Source: the human T2T-CHM13v2.0 reference genome, Homo sapiens
Assembly: GCF_009914755.1 (NCBI RefSeq)
Contig: NC_060934.1
DNA length: 64,000 nucleotides
Direction: 5' to 3' (one strand)
Of this stretch, positions 45,481 through 60,868 are shown in pieces; position 1 is the first letter of the stretch, and the number at the start of each line of letters is the position of its first letter. The notes under the pieces are model-generated. The model was not told the DNA's origin. It did no database searches and saw only the letters and a program-made list of their open reading frames with translations. A program made the translations under genes and the position numbers.

Positions 45481-45810
45481 AGATACATTATATATGTGTG
45501 TGTGTAATTTACATTTACATTTACATTTACATATATATGTAAATTCTCTAAAGGTTAATAGGTACTTGAAACATCTATTTCCCAGGTGTTTTAAAGTAAT
45601 TTTTTGCAGTATTAGCATCTACTTATTCAATTCCCTAGTTCTAGTATCTAAAACAGGAGCTGGTATAAATTAAGTTCTCAATAATGTTGGGTAGCTGCCT
45701 AGTCCTAACAATGTGAAATAGGCCTGATAAATCAAAGGAAAGTTCAGTTAGCCTGTATTATCTCAAATTATCTCTGAATTAAAAATCTGTATTGATAACT
45801 AGAAAAGGTC

Positions 45811-46127
45811 TTTCTTTTTTTTTCCCCCCTCTCTTTTTTTTTTTTTAAGACAGAGTCTCGCACTGTCACCCAGGCTAGACTGCAGTGGTGTGGCCATAGC
45901 TCATTACAGCCTCCAACTTCCAGGCTCAGGCAATCTTCCCACCTCAGCTTCCTGAGTAGCTAGGACTACAGATACATGGCACTATGCCTGGTTAAATTTT
46001 GTATTCGTTGTAGTGCCAATTTCACCATGTTGCCTCAGCTGGTCTTGGACCCCTGGGCTAAAGCAATCCACCCACCTCAGCTTCCCAGGGTGCTGGAATT
46101 ACAGGCATGAGCCACCAGACCTGGTCC
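45811..46127 (-). mobile_element. AluJ
   Basis: Antisense dimeric Alu. Confidence 0.92.
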
Positions 46128-46597
46128 CTAGGAAAGATCTTAACCTACTCAATAAGCCTATAAGAATAAATAAGTGGCTTCCTCCAGCTTCTCTGTCCTT
46201 TTTGTATTAGGATCCTGCAAATCTTAGCACTGTCTTAGCCCCAGCAGACCTTGCCAACTTACTTCATCCTTGGGTATTCTTTTTATAATTACCCTCAAGG
46301 AAGCCATGCTTCTTAGGAGAGTGGAGAAGAGAAAAGGTAAGCTCCTATTACAAGAAGAAACTTTGCTTTTTACCTCTGCCACCTTCACAATCCAGCAAGA
46401 ATTGAAAGGAAACACATTCTTACCTCCCATGCACTCATAAACTTACAGCTGTCTCCCCATTCCCCACACCACCCCCTGCCCCCCACACAGAAAACCTACT
46501 TTACAAAAACTGTCCTCTCAAAGGTCTCCAGAAACCTTCTCCTTGCTTAATCTAATGACTTCCTTTTGGCCTTCATCCTACCAAACTTTTCCCTAGC

Positions 46598-47091
46598 TTT
46601 TTTTTTTTAAATCTTTTTTAAAAGTTTAGATTTGGGGGTTACAGATGCAGATTTGTTACATGGGTATACTGTATGACGCTGAGGTTTGGGCTTCTGAAGA
46701 TCCCATTGCCCAAGTAGTGAACAAAGAACCCAATAGATGGTTTTTCACCCTTTCCTACCTCTCCCCTTTTGGGACTCCAGTGTTCATTGTTCTCTTCTTT
46801 GTGTCCAGGTGTACCCAATGTTTAGCTCCCACTCGTGAGAACATGTAGAATTTGATTTTCTGTTACTGTATTAATTTGCCTAGGTTCTTGGCCTCTAGCT
46901 GCATCCATGTGGCTGCAAAGGACATGATTTTATTCTTTTTTATGGCTGCATAGTATCCTGTGGGTGTATATGTATCACATTTTCTTTATCCAGTGCACCA
47001 GCAACAGGTGCCTGGGTTGATTCCTCATCTTGGCTATTGTGAACAGTGCTGCGATGAACATATGAGTGCAGGTGTCTTTTGGTAGAATGAT
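46598..47091 (-). mobile_element. L1PA15/16-like 3' fragment
   Basis: gatttgttacatgggtatactg...gctgaggtttggg...gtgtacccaatgtttagctcccact...gctgcaaaggacatgatttt. Confidence 0.9.
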
Positions 47092-47134
47092 ATGACCCTA
47101 AGGAACATCCATTCTTTCTTGAAAATTTCTGACA

Positions 47135-49330
47135 TTTATTTATTCATTTATTCCATACATATTTATTGAGTGCTCCTCTGTTCCAGCCATTGCTCTGGAC
47201 ATTGGGAAATCAGCTATGAATAAAGAACATGAGGTCTTTATGCTCTAAAAGAATCTATTTTAACCTAGGAATACAGCTTACAAGGGACCTGAAGTACCTC
47301 TTCAAGGAGAACTACGAACCACTGCTCAAGAAAATAATAGGACACAAACAAATGGGAAAACATTCTATGCTCATGGATAGGAAGATTCAATATCGTGAAA
47401 ATGGCCAAACTGCCCAAAGTAATTTATAGATTCAATACTGTTCCCATCAAACTACCATTGACTTTCTTCACAGAATTAGAAAAAGCTATTTTAAATTTCA
47501 TATGGAACCAAAAAAGAGCCTGTATAGTCAAAACAGTCCTAGGCAAAAATAACAAAGCTGGAGGCATAATGTTACCTGACTTCAAGCTACACTACAAGGC
47601 TGCAGTAACCAAAACAGCATGGTACTGGTACCAAAACAGACATATAGACCAATGGAATAGAATAGAGACCTCAGAAATAACGCTGCATGTCTACAACCAT
47701 CTGATCTTCAACAAACGTGACAAAAACAAGCAATGGGGAAAGGATTCCCTATTTAATAATTGGTGCTGGGAAAACTAGCTAACCATATGCAGAAAACTGA
47801 AACAGGATCCCTTCCTTACACCTTATACAAAAATTAACTCAAGGTGGATTAAAGACTTAAATGTAAAACCTAAAATCATAAAAATCCTACAAGAAAACCT
47901 ATGTATGGGCAAAGACTTTATGATGAAAACACCAAAAGCAATTAGAACAAAAGCCAAAACTGACAAATGGGATCTAATTAAACTAAAGAGCTTCTGTACA
48001 GCAAAATAAACTATCATCATGGTGAACAGGTAACCTACAGAATAGGAGAAAATGTTTGCAATCTACCTATCTGACAAAGGTCTAATATCCAGAATCTACA
48101 AGGAACTTGAACAAATTTACAAGAAAAAAACAACCCCATCAAAAAGTGGGCCAAGGATATAAACAGACAGTTCTCAAAAGAAGACATTTATGAGGCCAAC
48201 AAACATATTTAAAAAGCTCATCATCACAGATTATCAAACAAATGCAAATCAAAACAATGAGATACCATCTCACATCAGTCAGAATGGTGATTATTAAAAA
48301 GTCAGGAAACAATAGATGCTGGTGAGGCTGTGGAGAAATAGGAATGCTTTTACACTGTTGGCGGGAATGTAAATTAGTTCAACCATTGTGGAAGACGATG
48401 TGGGAATTTCTCAAGGATCTACAACCAGAAATACCATTTGACCCAGCAATCCCATTACTGGGTATGTACCCAAAGGAATATAAATCATTCTACTGTAAAG
48501 ACACATGCACACGTACATTTATTGTGGCACTGTTCACAATAGCAAAGACTTGGAGCCAACCCAAATACCTATTAATGACAGACTGGATAAAGAAAATGTG
48601 GTATATATACACTGTGGAATACTATGCAGCCATAAAAAGGAATGAGATCATGTCCTTTTCAGGGACATGGATGGAGCCGGAAGCCATCATCCTCAGCAAA
48701 CTAACACAGGAACAGAAAACCAGACACTGCATGTTCTCACTCATAAGTGGGAGTTGAAAAATGAGAACACATGGACACAGGGAGGGGACCAACCCACACC
48801 AGGGCCTCTCAGGGGGTGGGGGGCAAGGGGAAGGATGGCATTAGGACAAATGCCTAATGCATGTGGGGCTTAAAACCTAGGTGATGGGTTGATAGGTGCA
48901 ACAAGCCACCATGGCACATGCATACCTATGTAACAAACGTGTACATTCTGCACATGTATCCTGGAGCTTAATATTTTAAAAAATAATATAAATAATTAAA
49001 AAATAAAAAGGCACAACAAAGGGAAGGAATTTAATTTTTGAAAAAGAATATTTTGTAACTGAGAAAGATAGTAAATAAACAAACCAAATAAACTGACAAA
49101 TTAAGGGGAAGTGTGAGCGTTTTGCAGTAGAGTGAAGGACTCTCTAATGAGGTGACCTTTGAGCTGAGACCTGTATGACAAGGAAATGCCACAGGGTGAG
49201 CTAAGGTGGAGAGAGTTCTGGACAGAGGCAAGTGCAAAGGCCCTGAGGAAGAGTGAGTCTGGTGGGACCCAAGAACAGAGAGGCCAGGGCAGCTGGAGTG
49301 GAGGCCAGTGGTGAGGATAGCAGCACGTGA
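47135..49330 (-). mobile_element. L2 fragment split by an L1PA8-like insertion (pieces 47135-47260 and 49060-49330)
   Basis: atatttattgagtgctcctctgttccag... resumes gaggtgacctttgagctgagacctg...gcaaaggccctgagg. Confidence 0.75.
47262..49010 (+). mobile_element. L1PA8-like, 5'-truncated (disrupted ORF2 3' part plus 3'UTR)
   Basis: ORF2 peptides ([22 protein letters not shown]...[16 protein letters not shown]) with stops and frameshifts; 3'UTR gcatgtggggcttaaaacctagg. Confidence 0.96.
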
Positions 49331-49884
49331 GTCCAGACAGACCGGGAGGGACAGATTCACTGTCTTCCTCCTATAGCTTTGCTCTTTGGCTCCTTCTGAA
49401 GGCATCATTCCACCGAGTATCACCTTCCCCTCCAATCACTCCCCGATCCACTTTCATGCCGACCCCGCCACCCCAAGGACCTGTCAGCTCCTCCATAAAC
49501 TGATATCTCACCAGTTCGAATTAATTTCCCCCTCTTTGATTCACACGTCAAACTCTGTTGACCCTTTTATACCCAATCCTCATGTACTCTCCAATTTTTC
49601 TACCAGATTGGAAGCTGTTTGAGCACAGGGAGCTTTTGTCTTACTCATCTTCAGTGAGGGCAAAGTCTTCGTAGTTGCATTGTTATGTTTGTTTCATTTG
49701 CTTTGCTTTGCTTTGGTTTTGTGGTCTATGACATAGTTAAGTACGAAACAAATTTTTTTTTGTTTGGTGAAATGAGTGAACATATATTTAATGAATGTTG
49801 TTCTGGCAAAAATTTTGAAAAACTAGTGCTTAAAACATAGCTTAGAATTAAGTCTTTGCATGAAAAAAGACACGATTATTAGAG

Positions 49885-50130
49885 GCAGTAGAATGTGATG
49901 TTTGAGAGCACAAAGTCTGAATTTAGACTGCGGGGACATAATCCCAGCCCTGCCACTTACTAACTGTGATCTTGGGCCAGTTACTTAACTTCCCATGCCA
50001 TTGTCATCTCATCTGTAGAATGGGGATAGTTGTATGTAACCCACAGGGTTGTTTTTTAGGTTGAATGAATAAATGCATGGAAAGAACTAGAAAAGAACAT
50101 AGTTAGAACTGCGTAACTATTGGCTATTAT
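49885..50130 (+). mobile_element. MIR
   Basis: aatcccagccctgccacttactaactgtgatcttgggccagttacttaac...catctgtagaatgggga. Confidence 0.82.
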
Positions 50131-50804
50131 TTACTTATTGATGGGCTGAAAAAGAATATACTTGATTTTCACTTCCTGTCCAGCAACATTTGTCTGATTT
50201 TTTTGCACATTTTGGATGCTCTCAATAGTCATTTCATTACAAGTAGAATAACCATATCCAAGAAACCAAGGATTTGAAAAAGAAATAATTGTCTTACTTA
50301 ACTAACTTGATTTGCAGGTAGAACTACTGATGATAACATGCAAGGGGACAGAAAGCTCATATTTTTCCTTCTAAGGCAACTATTAGTAAATCCTTTATTT
50401 CACACACCACAAACTGAAGTATTTCTGAAGTGCAGTCCAGGAAGAAAATGTGTCTCTTAGAAACAGAGAATTGAGAAAGCAGAAATAGACCTTCTAGGTG
50501 AAGCTGAGGACTTCTGGTGCATCCCTGCAGGCCATGAGACATTTTCTCAGATAAGTGGGAAGTTGATATTGAGCCTCTGATTACTCTGAACACCTTCCCT
50601 CCACCTCCAACTGATGGCATTTATTGATTAGATCAACTTGGGGTATAAGTGCAGTGATGTAACTAGACTTTGAGAGATTGTCTTAGGTTATGTTTTGACT
50701 ATGCATGTATTTGAGAATACCACAGTACTTAGAAAATTTAATTTATTTCACCAGCTACCAGAAGTATGACAAATTAGTGATTGACAAGGCAATTGCTAGT
50801 GGGA

Positions 50805-51050
50805 AAAAAAAATGAATAAGACCTACTGTTTGACAGCACAATAGGGTGACTATAGTCAATAATAACTTAGTTGTACATTTTTAAATCACTTGAAGAGTAT
50901 AAAGGGACTGTTTGTAACTCACAGGACAAATGCTTGGGGGCATGGACACCCCATGCTCCGTGATGTGCTTATTTCATATTGCATGCCTGTATCAAAACAT
51001 CTCATGTACCCCACAAATAAATACACATACTGTGTACTCACAAACTTTTT
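50805..51050 (+). mobile_element. L1MA2/3-like 3' end
   Basis: atgaataagacctactgtttgacagcacaatagggtgactatagtcaataataactt...catgcctgtatcaaaacatctcatgtacccc. Confidence 0.88.
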
Positions 51051-51132
51051 TTTTAAAGGAGAGAAGGCAGTTGGTGTTTGGTATTTTAATCACCTCACTA
51101 GTGTGGATATGTGACAATCATAGGAGCCATTA

Positions 51133-51527
<395 letters not shown>

Positions 51528-52324
51528 GAGAGAAACCTTTCTAGGATGTTAAAATCCCTCAAACAGAAATCTTAGAAATCAGAGAGTATTAACTCTGATT
51601 TCCAAATTAACATCTTGGAAATCAGAGAATACAGCTAATGACAAGAATAATTAAAATGAGCTGAATAACACTCAAAAAAGAATGCAAATCAACTTTCATG
51701 GATGAAATCGCATGATTTGTAAAAAGCAGGCAGTGAGCAGATATTTTGTGGTTAATGTTTGTTGATTAAGGTTCTTTGCTGTTCACCAACACAATCAGTA
51801 ATTTGTTTTTGTTGTTTTTATATGTAACAAGTTTGTTGTCCTACAAAACATCCCACATTTCCATAATTTTACAAAATTACCCTGAATGAGATGGAATAAG
51901 CCGATTAGAAACAAAGATCTGAGAGCAATGTGATATCTCTAATTATATGATTTTATTTCCTTTTAGGAAAATGGAGTAGCTTTTAATGTTCTATTAATCT
52001 CTGATTTCAAAGTGAATATGAAAGAAATAATGACTATATTTGTGAAACTAAGGTAGATGATTGTCAAAACATGACATTAAAGGAATAAATTCTTAAAGTA
52101 TCTTATTTTTGCATTAGAGACCACAGCTGGCTAAGTCATTTACATTAATAGACTTGTAATGCTTTTACATGTGCAGTAGTGATAGTGTATTAAATTTAAA
52201 GGTCTTACTTCCTGCCTAAAAACATCAAGAAATATTTTTAATTTTTTTTTTTTTGGAAATGAGATGCCTATAGAAAATTGCAAGAAAAATGATAGCCACT
52301 ACCTTAACTTTTATGGTGATATTC

Positions 52325-52623
52325 TTTTTTTTTTTTTTTTTTTTTGAGACAGGGTCTTGCTCTGTCACCCAGACTGGAGTACAGTGGCATGATCATGGCT
52401 CATTGCTGGCTTCTCCTCCTGGGTTCAAGCAGTCTCCAGCCTCAGTTTCCTGAGTAGCTGGGACTACAGGCACATGCCACCACACCCAGCTAATTTTTTT
52501 TTTTGTAGTGATGGGGTATCACTGTGTTGCCCAGGCTGGTCTTGAACTCCTGGGCTCATGCAATCCTCTCGCCTCAGCCTCCCAAGGTGCTGTGATTACA
52601 GGCGTGAGCCACTGCTCCTGGCC
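52325..52623 (-). mobile_element. AluJ, within an old L1M fragment
   Basis: Antisense dimeric Alu; L1ME-like flank 52624-52900. Confidence 0.9.
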
Positions 52624-53479
52624 TCTCCTTGTTTTTCTTTATTATTTTTCCATATCTTTACACATCCCTAAGCAAAGTGGAGTGATTTTGCCTATTTTTG
52701 TATTTTGTATGTAAATGCAATCATATTCTAAGTATATATTTTTTGAGGGCTTGGTTTTTTTTTTACTGAATATTACATTTCTGCATTTGGTCTGTGATAT
52801 TTGTATAATATTCCATTTTAGAACCTATATCACAATTTATCCACTAAATGTTGGTGAACATTTAGTCTGTTTTTTAATTTTGGAACACTCATCGAATCAT
52901 AGTATAGTAATGTTCATAAGTATGAATCTGAATAATCAAAAAAAGATTCACTTGGATTCCATATTTCCAGTGTAAGATTGTATGGAATTAGAGATTATTC
53001 TCCCCAGAATGGATCTCAATGTGATATTTTTGAGCAGTTAAGAGTGAGTCTCAATACTGGAAAATTCACTTACTTGGAATGTCCTAATGAAAAGAGATAA
53101 TCACATTCAATAACTACACTGAACAGAAAGCAAAAAGTTGGAAAGCTTTATGTTGTTAATAGATTTTCCTATTTTCTCCATCCAGAAAATAAGTAGTGAG
53201 CTTCTTTCAGGCATGTTTTAAACTGTTACAATATGATTACACTTCTTTGAACACATTGAAATGAGACAACATAAATTCAGTCATCTCCATCTTAAAGTCA
53301 TTTGTAGAAAATGGCATGTTATATTCCATGAATAGCCTGCTGATGTACAACAGATAAAACATTACACAAAATGATAGGGGAAAATACCATTTTAAACATC
53401 TAACTGATCATACGAATGAGTGTAATGGCTAGGAAGGCAAATGAATCTTTGATGATACACTTGCAAGGAATTTAAAAAA

Positions 53480-53765
53480 TCATTCATTCACTCATCTGTC
53501 AACTATTAATTAGGTACCATCTATGTGTTTCTGTTCATGAGGAGCTTCGGCATTACAGGGAGGAGAATTATATATTAGATAAGTATTTGCATACATGGGG
53601 TGGCTGGTGCTATTATAAACAATATGCAATGGATAATGAAGAGAAGCTTTCTCTCTAGTAAGGTCAGGGAAGGCATCTGAAAGGAAGGAAAGTTTCCATT
53701 GAATTTAAAATATGGATTGGAGTTTGCCAGGAAGACAAAGAGGGAGGCCATTTCAGAATGCAGAA
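53480..53765 (-). mobile_element. L2 fragment
   Basis: cattcattcactc...ggtcagggaaggcatctg...ggagtttgccagg. Confidence 0.55.
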
Positions 53766-53918
53766 GTTTTGGTAGCCTTGCCAGTCGCAAATACTTACAG
53801 AATGAATGGATGATATTGGTAAAGGAATGTGCAAAGAGACATAAATAAGCCAATTGGGAAGTCCATAATATGGAATGCAAAGTAACAGAAATAATATGTT
53901 TTAAACAGTTAATGTTTA

Positions 53919-54248
<330 letters not shown>

Positions 54249-54339
54249 CCTTACATGTGCCAGACACTATACTTAGCACTTTACATATGTTACTTATTCC
54301 TCACTCTTACGCCATGAAAGATGTGCTATTAGTATTAGC

Positions 54340-54485
54340 TTCATGAGCATGTCGCCTGTGCTGAGAAGGGCTCCACACTTGGATTACTGCTCTGCTATTA
54401 TTCTGCTGTGATCCTTCATAATTTGGAACAAGGGACACCACATTTTCAGTGTGAACTGGGTCCCCCAGTCATGTAGCCAGAGCTA
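54340..54485. mobile_element. MER91A-like MITE inside a MIR
   Basis: agaagggctccacacttgg...tttggaacaagggacaccacatttt...ctgggtcccc...atgtagccag. Confidence 0.65.
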
Positions 54486-54556
54486 GTCCAGAGCATCCCC
54501 GTTTTTTAGTTGCAGAAACTGACCTACAAAGCAAAGTCATTTGCCTCAAACCTAGT

Positions 54557-54860
54557 TGGTTTTTGTCTTTTTAGGGACAGGATCCCACTTTGTCTCCCAG
54601 GCTAGAGTACAGTGGCTCAGTCATAGCTCACTATAACCTTGTCCTCCTGGGCTCAAGGGATCCTTGTGCCTCAGCCTCTCAGGTAGCTGGGACTACAGGC
54701 ATGCACCACCATGCCCAGCTAATTTTTTTTTTTAATTTTTTGTAGAGATAGTGTCTTGCTACGTTGCCAAGGCTGGTCTTGAACTCCTGGTCTCAGGCAA
54801 TCCTCCTGCCTTGGCCTCCCAAAGTTGCTGGTGTTACAGGCTTGAGCCACCACACCCAGA
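54557..54860 (-). mobile_element. AluJ
   Basis: Antisense Alu flanked by aaacctagt. Confidence 0.92.
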
Positions 54861-54870
54861 TGAAACCTAG

Positions 54871-55168
54871 TCTGTCTGTCTTTCTTTCTCTTTCTTTCTT
54901 CCTTCTTTTCTTTTCCTTTTCTTTTCTTTCTTTCCTTTCCTTCTTTTTCTTTCTCTCTTTCTCTGTCTTTTTTCTTTCTTTCCTTTCTCTTTCTTTCCTT
55001 CTTTTCCTTTCTTTCCTTCTCTCTCTCTCTTTCTTTCTCTTTCCCTCCCTCCCTCCCTCCCTCCCTCCCTCCCTCCCTCCCTTCCTTCCTTCCTTCCTTC
55101 CTTCCTTCCTTCCTTCTCTCTCTTTCCCTTTCCCCTTCCCCTCCCCTTTCTTCCCTTTCCTTTCTTTC
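54871..55168. repeat. Compound CT-rich microsatellite (CTTT/CCCT/CCTT)
   Basis: ~290 bp almost purely pyrimidine on the + strand. Confidence 0.97.
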
Positions 55169-55169
55169 A

Positions 55170-55432
<263 letters not shown>

Positions 55433-56132
55433 TGAAACCTATTTTTTCTTCATGTTGATTCCTACGGTGTTAGTCCTATGCTAACCTGACTCTGTTGTCT
55501 TCTATTTTCAAGATAAATCATTAACAGAAGATATGAGCTACTACAGTTATTCAGAGTTAGTGTACAGAAACAGAAAAAAAAAGCAGTTTTAAAAAGGAAA
55601 AAAATGGACTGAATGATTAGGAATAAATAAAACATGCAAATATTACCTTGAGTCAAAATTGGAATTCCAAAATGAATAATTAGTAGATGTAAGGCATTCC
55701 TCCAGTGTACTTCATGGCTTGAATTCAAAATCATGTTCCAAGGTAAATAAATCTGCTCCATCTTGTTTATCCAAAGGGCAGTTTGGTGTTGACTTAGTTC
55801 TGCTCTTTTTTGGTAACTTATTCAAGAAAAGCAAAGAGCAGAAAATTCGTGGTGTTTTAATCCAGGGAGAAGGAGCGGGTGGAAGTAAACAGAGTTCCTC
55901 CTTCATCAGACTTCGTCAGAACTGCTATGCCCTCTGACTGCATTAGATTAAATACTGCAAATAAATTGGATCCCATTTGGTACTTAATAAGCACAGCTCA
56001 CTTGGAAGAAGTTTTACTTCAAGATATCTTCACTTTTCTTTGGAATATGACAGTTTACCCCTCTGACCACATGAACCTCTTCAAAATTTTATTTATGCTC
56101 CTTCATGTTAATTCAGAAAGTAGAAAGTAATA

Positions 56133-56422
56133 ATTTTTTTGAGACAGGGTCTCACTCTGTTGCCCAAGTTGGAGTACAGTGGTGTGATCAGGGCTCACTG
56201 CAGACTTGACCTTCTGGGCTCAAGCAATCCTCCCGCTTCAGCCCTCCGAGTAGCTGGGACTACAGGCATGTGCCACCATGCCCAGCAATTTTTTGTATTT
56301 TTGGTAGAGACGGGTTTTTTTGCCATGTTGCCCTTGCTGGTCTTGAACTCCTGGACTCAAGTGATCCGCCCACCTCAACCTCCCAAAGTGCTGGGATTAC
56401 AGGCGTGAGTCACTGCACCTAG
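56133..56422 (-). mobile_element. AluJ
   Basis: Antisense Alu; TSD gaaagtaat.att. Confidence 0.92.
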
Positions 56423-56806
56423 TGAAAGTAATGATTTTTTTTTAAGCATTCCCATAGGCCACCCTTCCTTGAAGACTGATAAGTCAAATTTCCATGATAT
56501 TAAAGAATGGTATCCTAGAACATTCCAGATTGGTTTTCATTCTGTTTGACTTAAAGATTTGAAATATGTTCTGATGTTATTCCAGAGCACCTGTGGATTT
56601 GAGGGTCCAAGAAAAGTGACCACAAAAGAGCATGCCTATTAATTATATAAAGAACATGTTTTTTGTAAGTATATCCATTATATTTTCATAATAAAAATAA
56701 CATGATTTTATTTCTATTTATTTCTTCAGCCTCCAAAAATATCAGATATACCTAAATGCTCTTTTGTAGAAATATGCACATCTGGAAATCCTAAGTTGCC
56801 CGGTCA

Positions 56807-57124
<318 letters not shown>

Positions 57125-57614
57125 CCAGTCATGTTTTCAATGACCACATTTATACCCTGTATTCTGCTGAAGACAGAAATTTAAGGCAGTATCCGACTAA
57201 CCTCTTCTTACAGATGAGCAGGGTTTGGCACACTAGAGCCTCTGGAGCTAGGACTGAGGGTTGGGGGGTGTCCTGGCAGGGCTAGTTCAAGACTTCAGGG
57301 CAAGGGGAAGTTTTGTCAAATGCCTGAGGAAAGGCAGAGTGGAAGTTGAAGACATATCAGAAGTGTCAAATTCTTGAAGCAGATAGGATATGAGAAGATG
57401 GGCTGCCTTAGGGGTAAGTGGTGAGCTTTTGTAGCCAGTTCTGGAAAGAGGACCTGAAAAGATCCAACCTCTATGCAGTGCTCTAAGAATCTTAGAAGTC
57501 ATCAAATGCTGGGTTTCGTGGTAGAAATTCAAGAGCTGCCAGAATTCAAGGGTCAAGACTGAACAATGATGAACCATGCAGAGAAAAGAGGAGAATTTAC
57601 ATGGCCCTAAAACA

Positions 57615-57792
57615 ATAATTTGCTACCTTGGCCACACATTAGAATCATCTGGGGAACTTTAAAAAATCCACATGCTCAACCAAGTTGCATCCCAGACCAA
57701 TTAAGTTGGAATCTCATAGGGTGGGATTCAATAGTTGGTATAACTTAAAGCTCCCTGTGATTCCACTTTGCAGCAAGGCTGAGAAAGACTGG
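57615..57792. mobile_element. MER5A-like MITE
   Basis: cacattagaatcatctggggaactttaaaaaat...cccagaccaattaa...gcagcaaggctgagaaagactg. Confidence 0.82.
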
Positions 57793-59221
57793 TTTAAAGC
57801 AAGAAGGAATGCTTACCTGGGTACTTTTGGCCTGGTTTATCCACTTAGGTATCATACTCATTATATTCATAGTTAGAATAATTCACTGTTCTATAAGTAT
57901 AACCACTATTATACTTAAGTATAAATATACTTAAATTGCACTTACACTGTTTGTCTACACAGGCACTTAAAGGGTCCTGCTTACTAGGGTTCAATTCACA
58001 TCATCAAAGACTGAAACTTCTATAAAGTTTTAGTCCCCCTAATTTAACAAACCAGTGTAGAATAGCAAGACATTCATCCTAAAGAGACTTGTACACTGAA
58101 GTCGATGTAGATTTGGGACTCAATTCAATGAACTGCTCTTTCATCAGGGGTTGGTTAAGCAAGCTTCAGGGATTCTGAGCTATTTGTGTGAACCAAACGT
58201 AACCCTAGGTCAGAGATTTGTAGAACTGTATATGATTTCACTGGATATGTAGAGAATAAGGAAACACAAAACCTCCACATCTCCCAAAGACTGTATTTAT
58301 GTTGGGGGTATATCCAGTTTTTCATTTGATACTCAGAGAATAGTTTTGACTTTGCAGACCTCCTGATTGCTCTCAGGGCTCTCAGACTACACTTGGAGAA
58401 CCCCTCACAAGAGGCATATGCATAGTGAAAGGAGTGAGGGCTGCAAGTTCATGGATGCATTATTTTCTCGTTTTCGTTTGTAGGGAAATACATGCTCTGT
58501 CATTGACTTGCAAGGATTTTCTTTTTATTCTTAATTGCCTCCCTAATCCTTTCTCCACTCAGCTGTGGTACTCAATGCACTCAGATTAAATGTGTGTGTT
58601 CTTCTGGGCCAGGAAGGAATAGATAGCATTGATGTGGACCCTCAACTGTATTACAGAATAGGGTGGTAAACACTCAGGAGAAACATTCTCCCTGGTAAAG
58701 TGCTAAGCAATTGTTAAACAGCATTTTAAAGCATGAATGAACGTCTTGCTTGTACATTCCAAAGTTCCACAAACAAAAGAAAAGTTCTTATTCTAAAGGA
58801 GCAGGAGATGAATCCTGCCGATAATGTTTTTTATAATGTGGCTGTGAATATTTTTTCCCAGAGTTGGTAATCCTAAATCACCTCTTACAAGTAAAAAAAG
58901 AAAAAAAAAAAAAAAAAAGCAGGATAAGAAGAAAGATATAAGCTTAAATAATGGGCCATTGTAGTCAAAATCAGGGAGTAGCCAATTATTTTTGCGATTT
59001 GCACTAAGTGTGCGTTTAGAAAGTTGGATTAATCTCACTACTTCACTGCAGAAATTAATGAGATGAGATCACATGGTAGAAACCAGTGCTTTGTACCTCA
59101 TGATCTCATTTTTAGCAATCTTGTATGTCCTCGTTTTATAGTACTTTTATCCCAAATTCATTGTTTCCAATAAAATATTTTATGTTTATTTTATGCTATT
59201 ATATTTATAGATTTATGTTTT

Positions 59222-59537
<316 letters not shown>

Positions 59538-59764
59538 GATTTATGTTTTAAAAATTCAGATATTTATAAAGATAACACAAAGAAGTCCTAAAAATCGCAT
59601 TCATTATTTAATACTCAAAATATTTGACAGACTTCATATACGTAATTACACATTAGTCACATATCATGCATATGCTTATGTAATCTAGTGTGAATACAAT
59701 TATCGGGTCTATTCCTTCCAAAACTCATGACATCAACAAGCTTTAGTTTAAATAAAAGTTAGAT

Positions 59765-60679
<915 letters not shown>

Positions 60680-60702
60680 ATAAATTTTTTTTGATTAGAT
60701 GA

Positions 60703-60868
60703 TGCTGGGCACAATGGCACACACCCATTGTCCTAGATACTTGGGAGGCTGAGGCAGGAGGATCACTTGAGCCTAGGGGTTTGAGGCTGCAGTGAGCTAT
60801 GTTTGCGTCATTGCAGTCTAGCCTGGAGAACATAGCTAGATGGCATCTCATTTAAAAAAAAAAAAAAA
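60703..60868 (+). mobile_element. Alu right monomer / FRAM
   Basis: gctgggcacaatggc...gaggctgcagtgagctatg...A-tail. Confidence 0.88.

Noticed and set aside
47395-48757. ORFs with reverse-transcriptase-protein-like sequence
   Set aside because: Broken fragments of L1 ORF2 in a 5'-truncated element; not a gene and not autonomous.
55798-55843. Hairpin as a pre-miRNA
   Set aside because: Stem only 11 bp with a 24-nt loop, too short for Drosha processing.
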